Part shown: positions 63,224 through 64,000 of the stretch, in pieces | Layout of the letters: each line of letters opens with the position of its first letter | Numbering within the stretch: position 1 is the stretch's first letter | Assembly: GCA_010093705.1 (NCBI GenBank) | Contig: MU006089.1 | Location: forward strand, 2,033,561 to 2,097,560 | Direction of reading: 5' to 3' | Source of the DNA: Patellaria atrata CBS 101060 | Taxonomy: Eukaryota | Length of the DNA: 64,000 nt | The notes under the pieces: model-generated | Told to the model about the DNA's origin: nothing | The model's input: only the letters and a program-made list of their open reading frames with translations | Database searches by the model: none | Program-made: the position numbers and the translations under genes

Positions 63224-63778
63224 GGAGTATTGGGTCGAGAGTCAGGGGCTAGAAGATGAGGGTATTACTCTATGCTCGATGTTGGGGCGGATAGACAGAG
63301 GAGGAGATGGCAAGGGGAAGAGTAACAAAGGCCATCGAACATCTTGTGGGAATGAGAGGTTGCGAAAACCGTGTACTGTACAATACTAGCATATCCGGGG
63401 CGTTCTGGGTGAATCTCTTATCGCAACTCTGTTCGATCTTCACTGCATTCACTGCATTCACTTCGTATCGAATTTATTGAATAAAAGCCGTAGAGGGAGA
63501 TATTTTGTATTGGTTACAAAGAATCAGACACTACATCTAAACAAATCTAACCTCCGGAAAACGCCCGCGCTATTCATGCCCCGGCGACTACAAGCAATCG
63601 GAAGAGGGGTGTACGTCGTAGCAAAACTATATTGCTTAGGGGGGAATAAAATGACATGGGGATATCAAATGACAAATGGTGCAGAACAATCTCCCTGAGA
63701 TGGATAGAGTATATGCTCGCGAGGTATCGTAAGATGAAAACAAAATATAGCAGAAAATAAAATGCGGGAAGAGGATTT

Positions 63779-64000
63779 TTACAATTCTTGTACCCAGATC
63801 TATTAAATATGAGTTAGTATTAATGATATATGGGATGTATGAGTAGTGGAAGGGATATCTTCTCACCTCCATCTTGCCCATATCACTCTTCTCCCTCCTC
63901 GCATTCGACTTACTGGACTGGATCGCCATATCCAAGTCGTCCTGATCAGCCATGGTGATCATATCTTCATCATCACGGATCTTAATCTTGAAGTCGCGCC
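63779..64000 (-). CDS. CDC24: 3' end of Cdc24/Scd1 Rho-GEF (PB1 domain); gene continues beyond the window
   Basis: DFKIKIRDDEDMITMADQDDLDMAI...MGKME|IWVQEL*, an acidic OPCA-type PB1 C-terminus typical of fungal Cdc24. Confidence 0.8.

Overview
64 kb of gene-dense, intron-containing genomic DNA from a filamentous ascomycete (Pezizomycotina; inferred from gene content and short GT-AG introns with CTRAY branch sites). It holds about 27 protein-coding genes. These include housekeeping RPT5, ARL1, TOM6 and the 3' end of CDC24, plus acid trehalase, trimethyllysine dioxygenase, a ferric reductase, flavocytochrome b2, a tyrosinase, a metallo-beta-lactamase and MFS transporters. There is one intron-containing tRNA-Arg(CCG) and several decayed genes. 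The main points of interest are: (1) a putative ureide-nitrogen catabolic cluster made of a Dal81/TamA-like Zn2Cys6 factor, an NCS1 permease and a spliced fusion of a triuret/biuret-hydrolase-like domain with allophanate hydrolase; (2) a ~300-bp degenerate inverted repeat that brackets the permease and sits in the promoters of both flanking genes; (3) an intact, intronless gene joining a presequence-like N-terminus, TM helix and coiled coil to a retrotransposon-type aspartic protease, with no other TE parts; (4) an AtuA/DUF1446-SDR-AhpD-like-MFS cluster; (5) repeated C-rich-to-G-rich strand-skew switches; (6) a compound foldback element near 62.2 kb. All calls are by eye from motifs; no database searches were run, and coordinates of multi-exon genes are best estimates.
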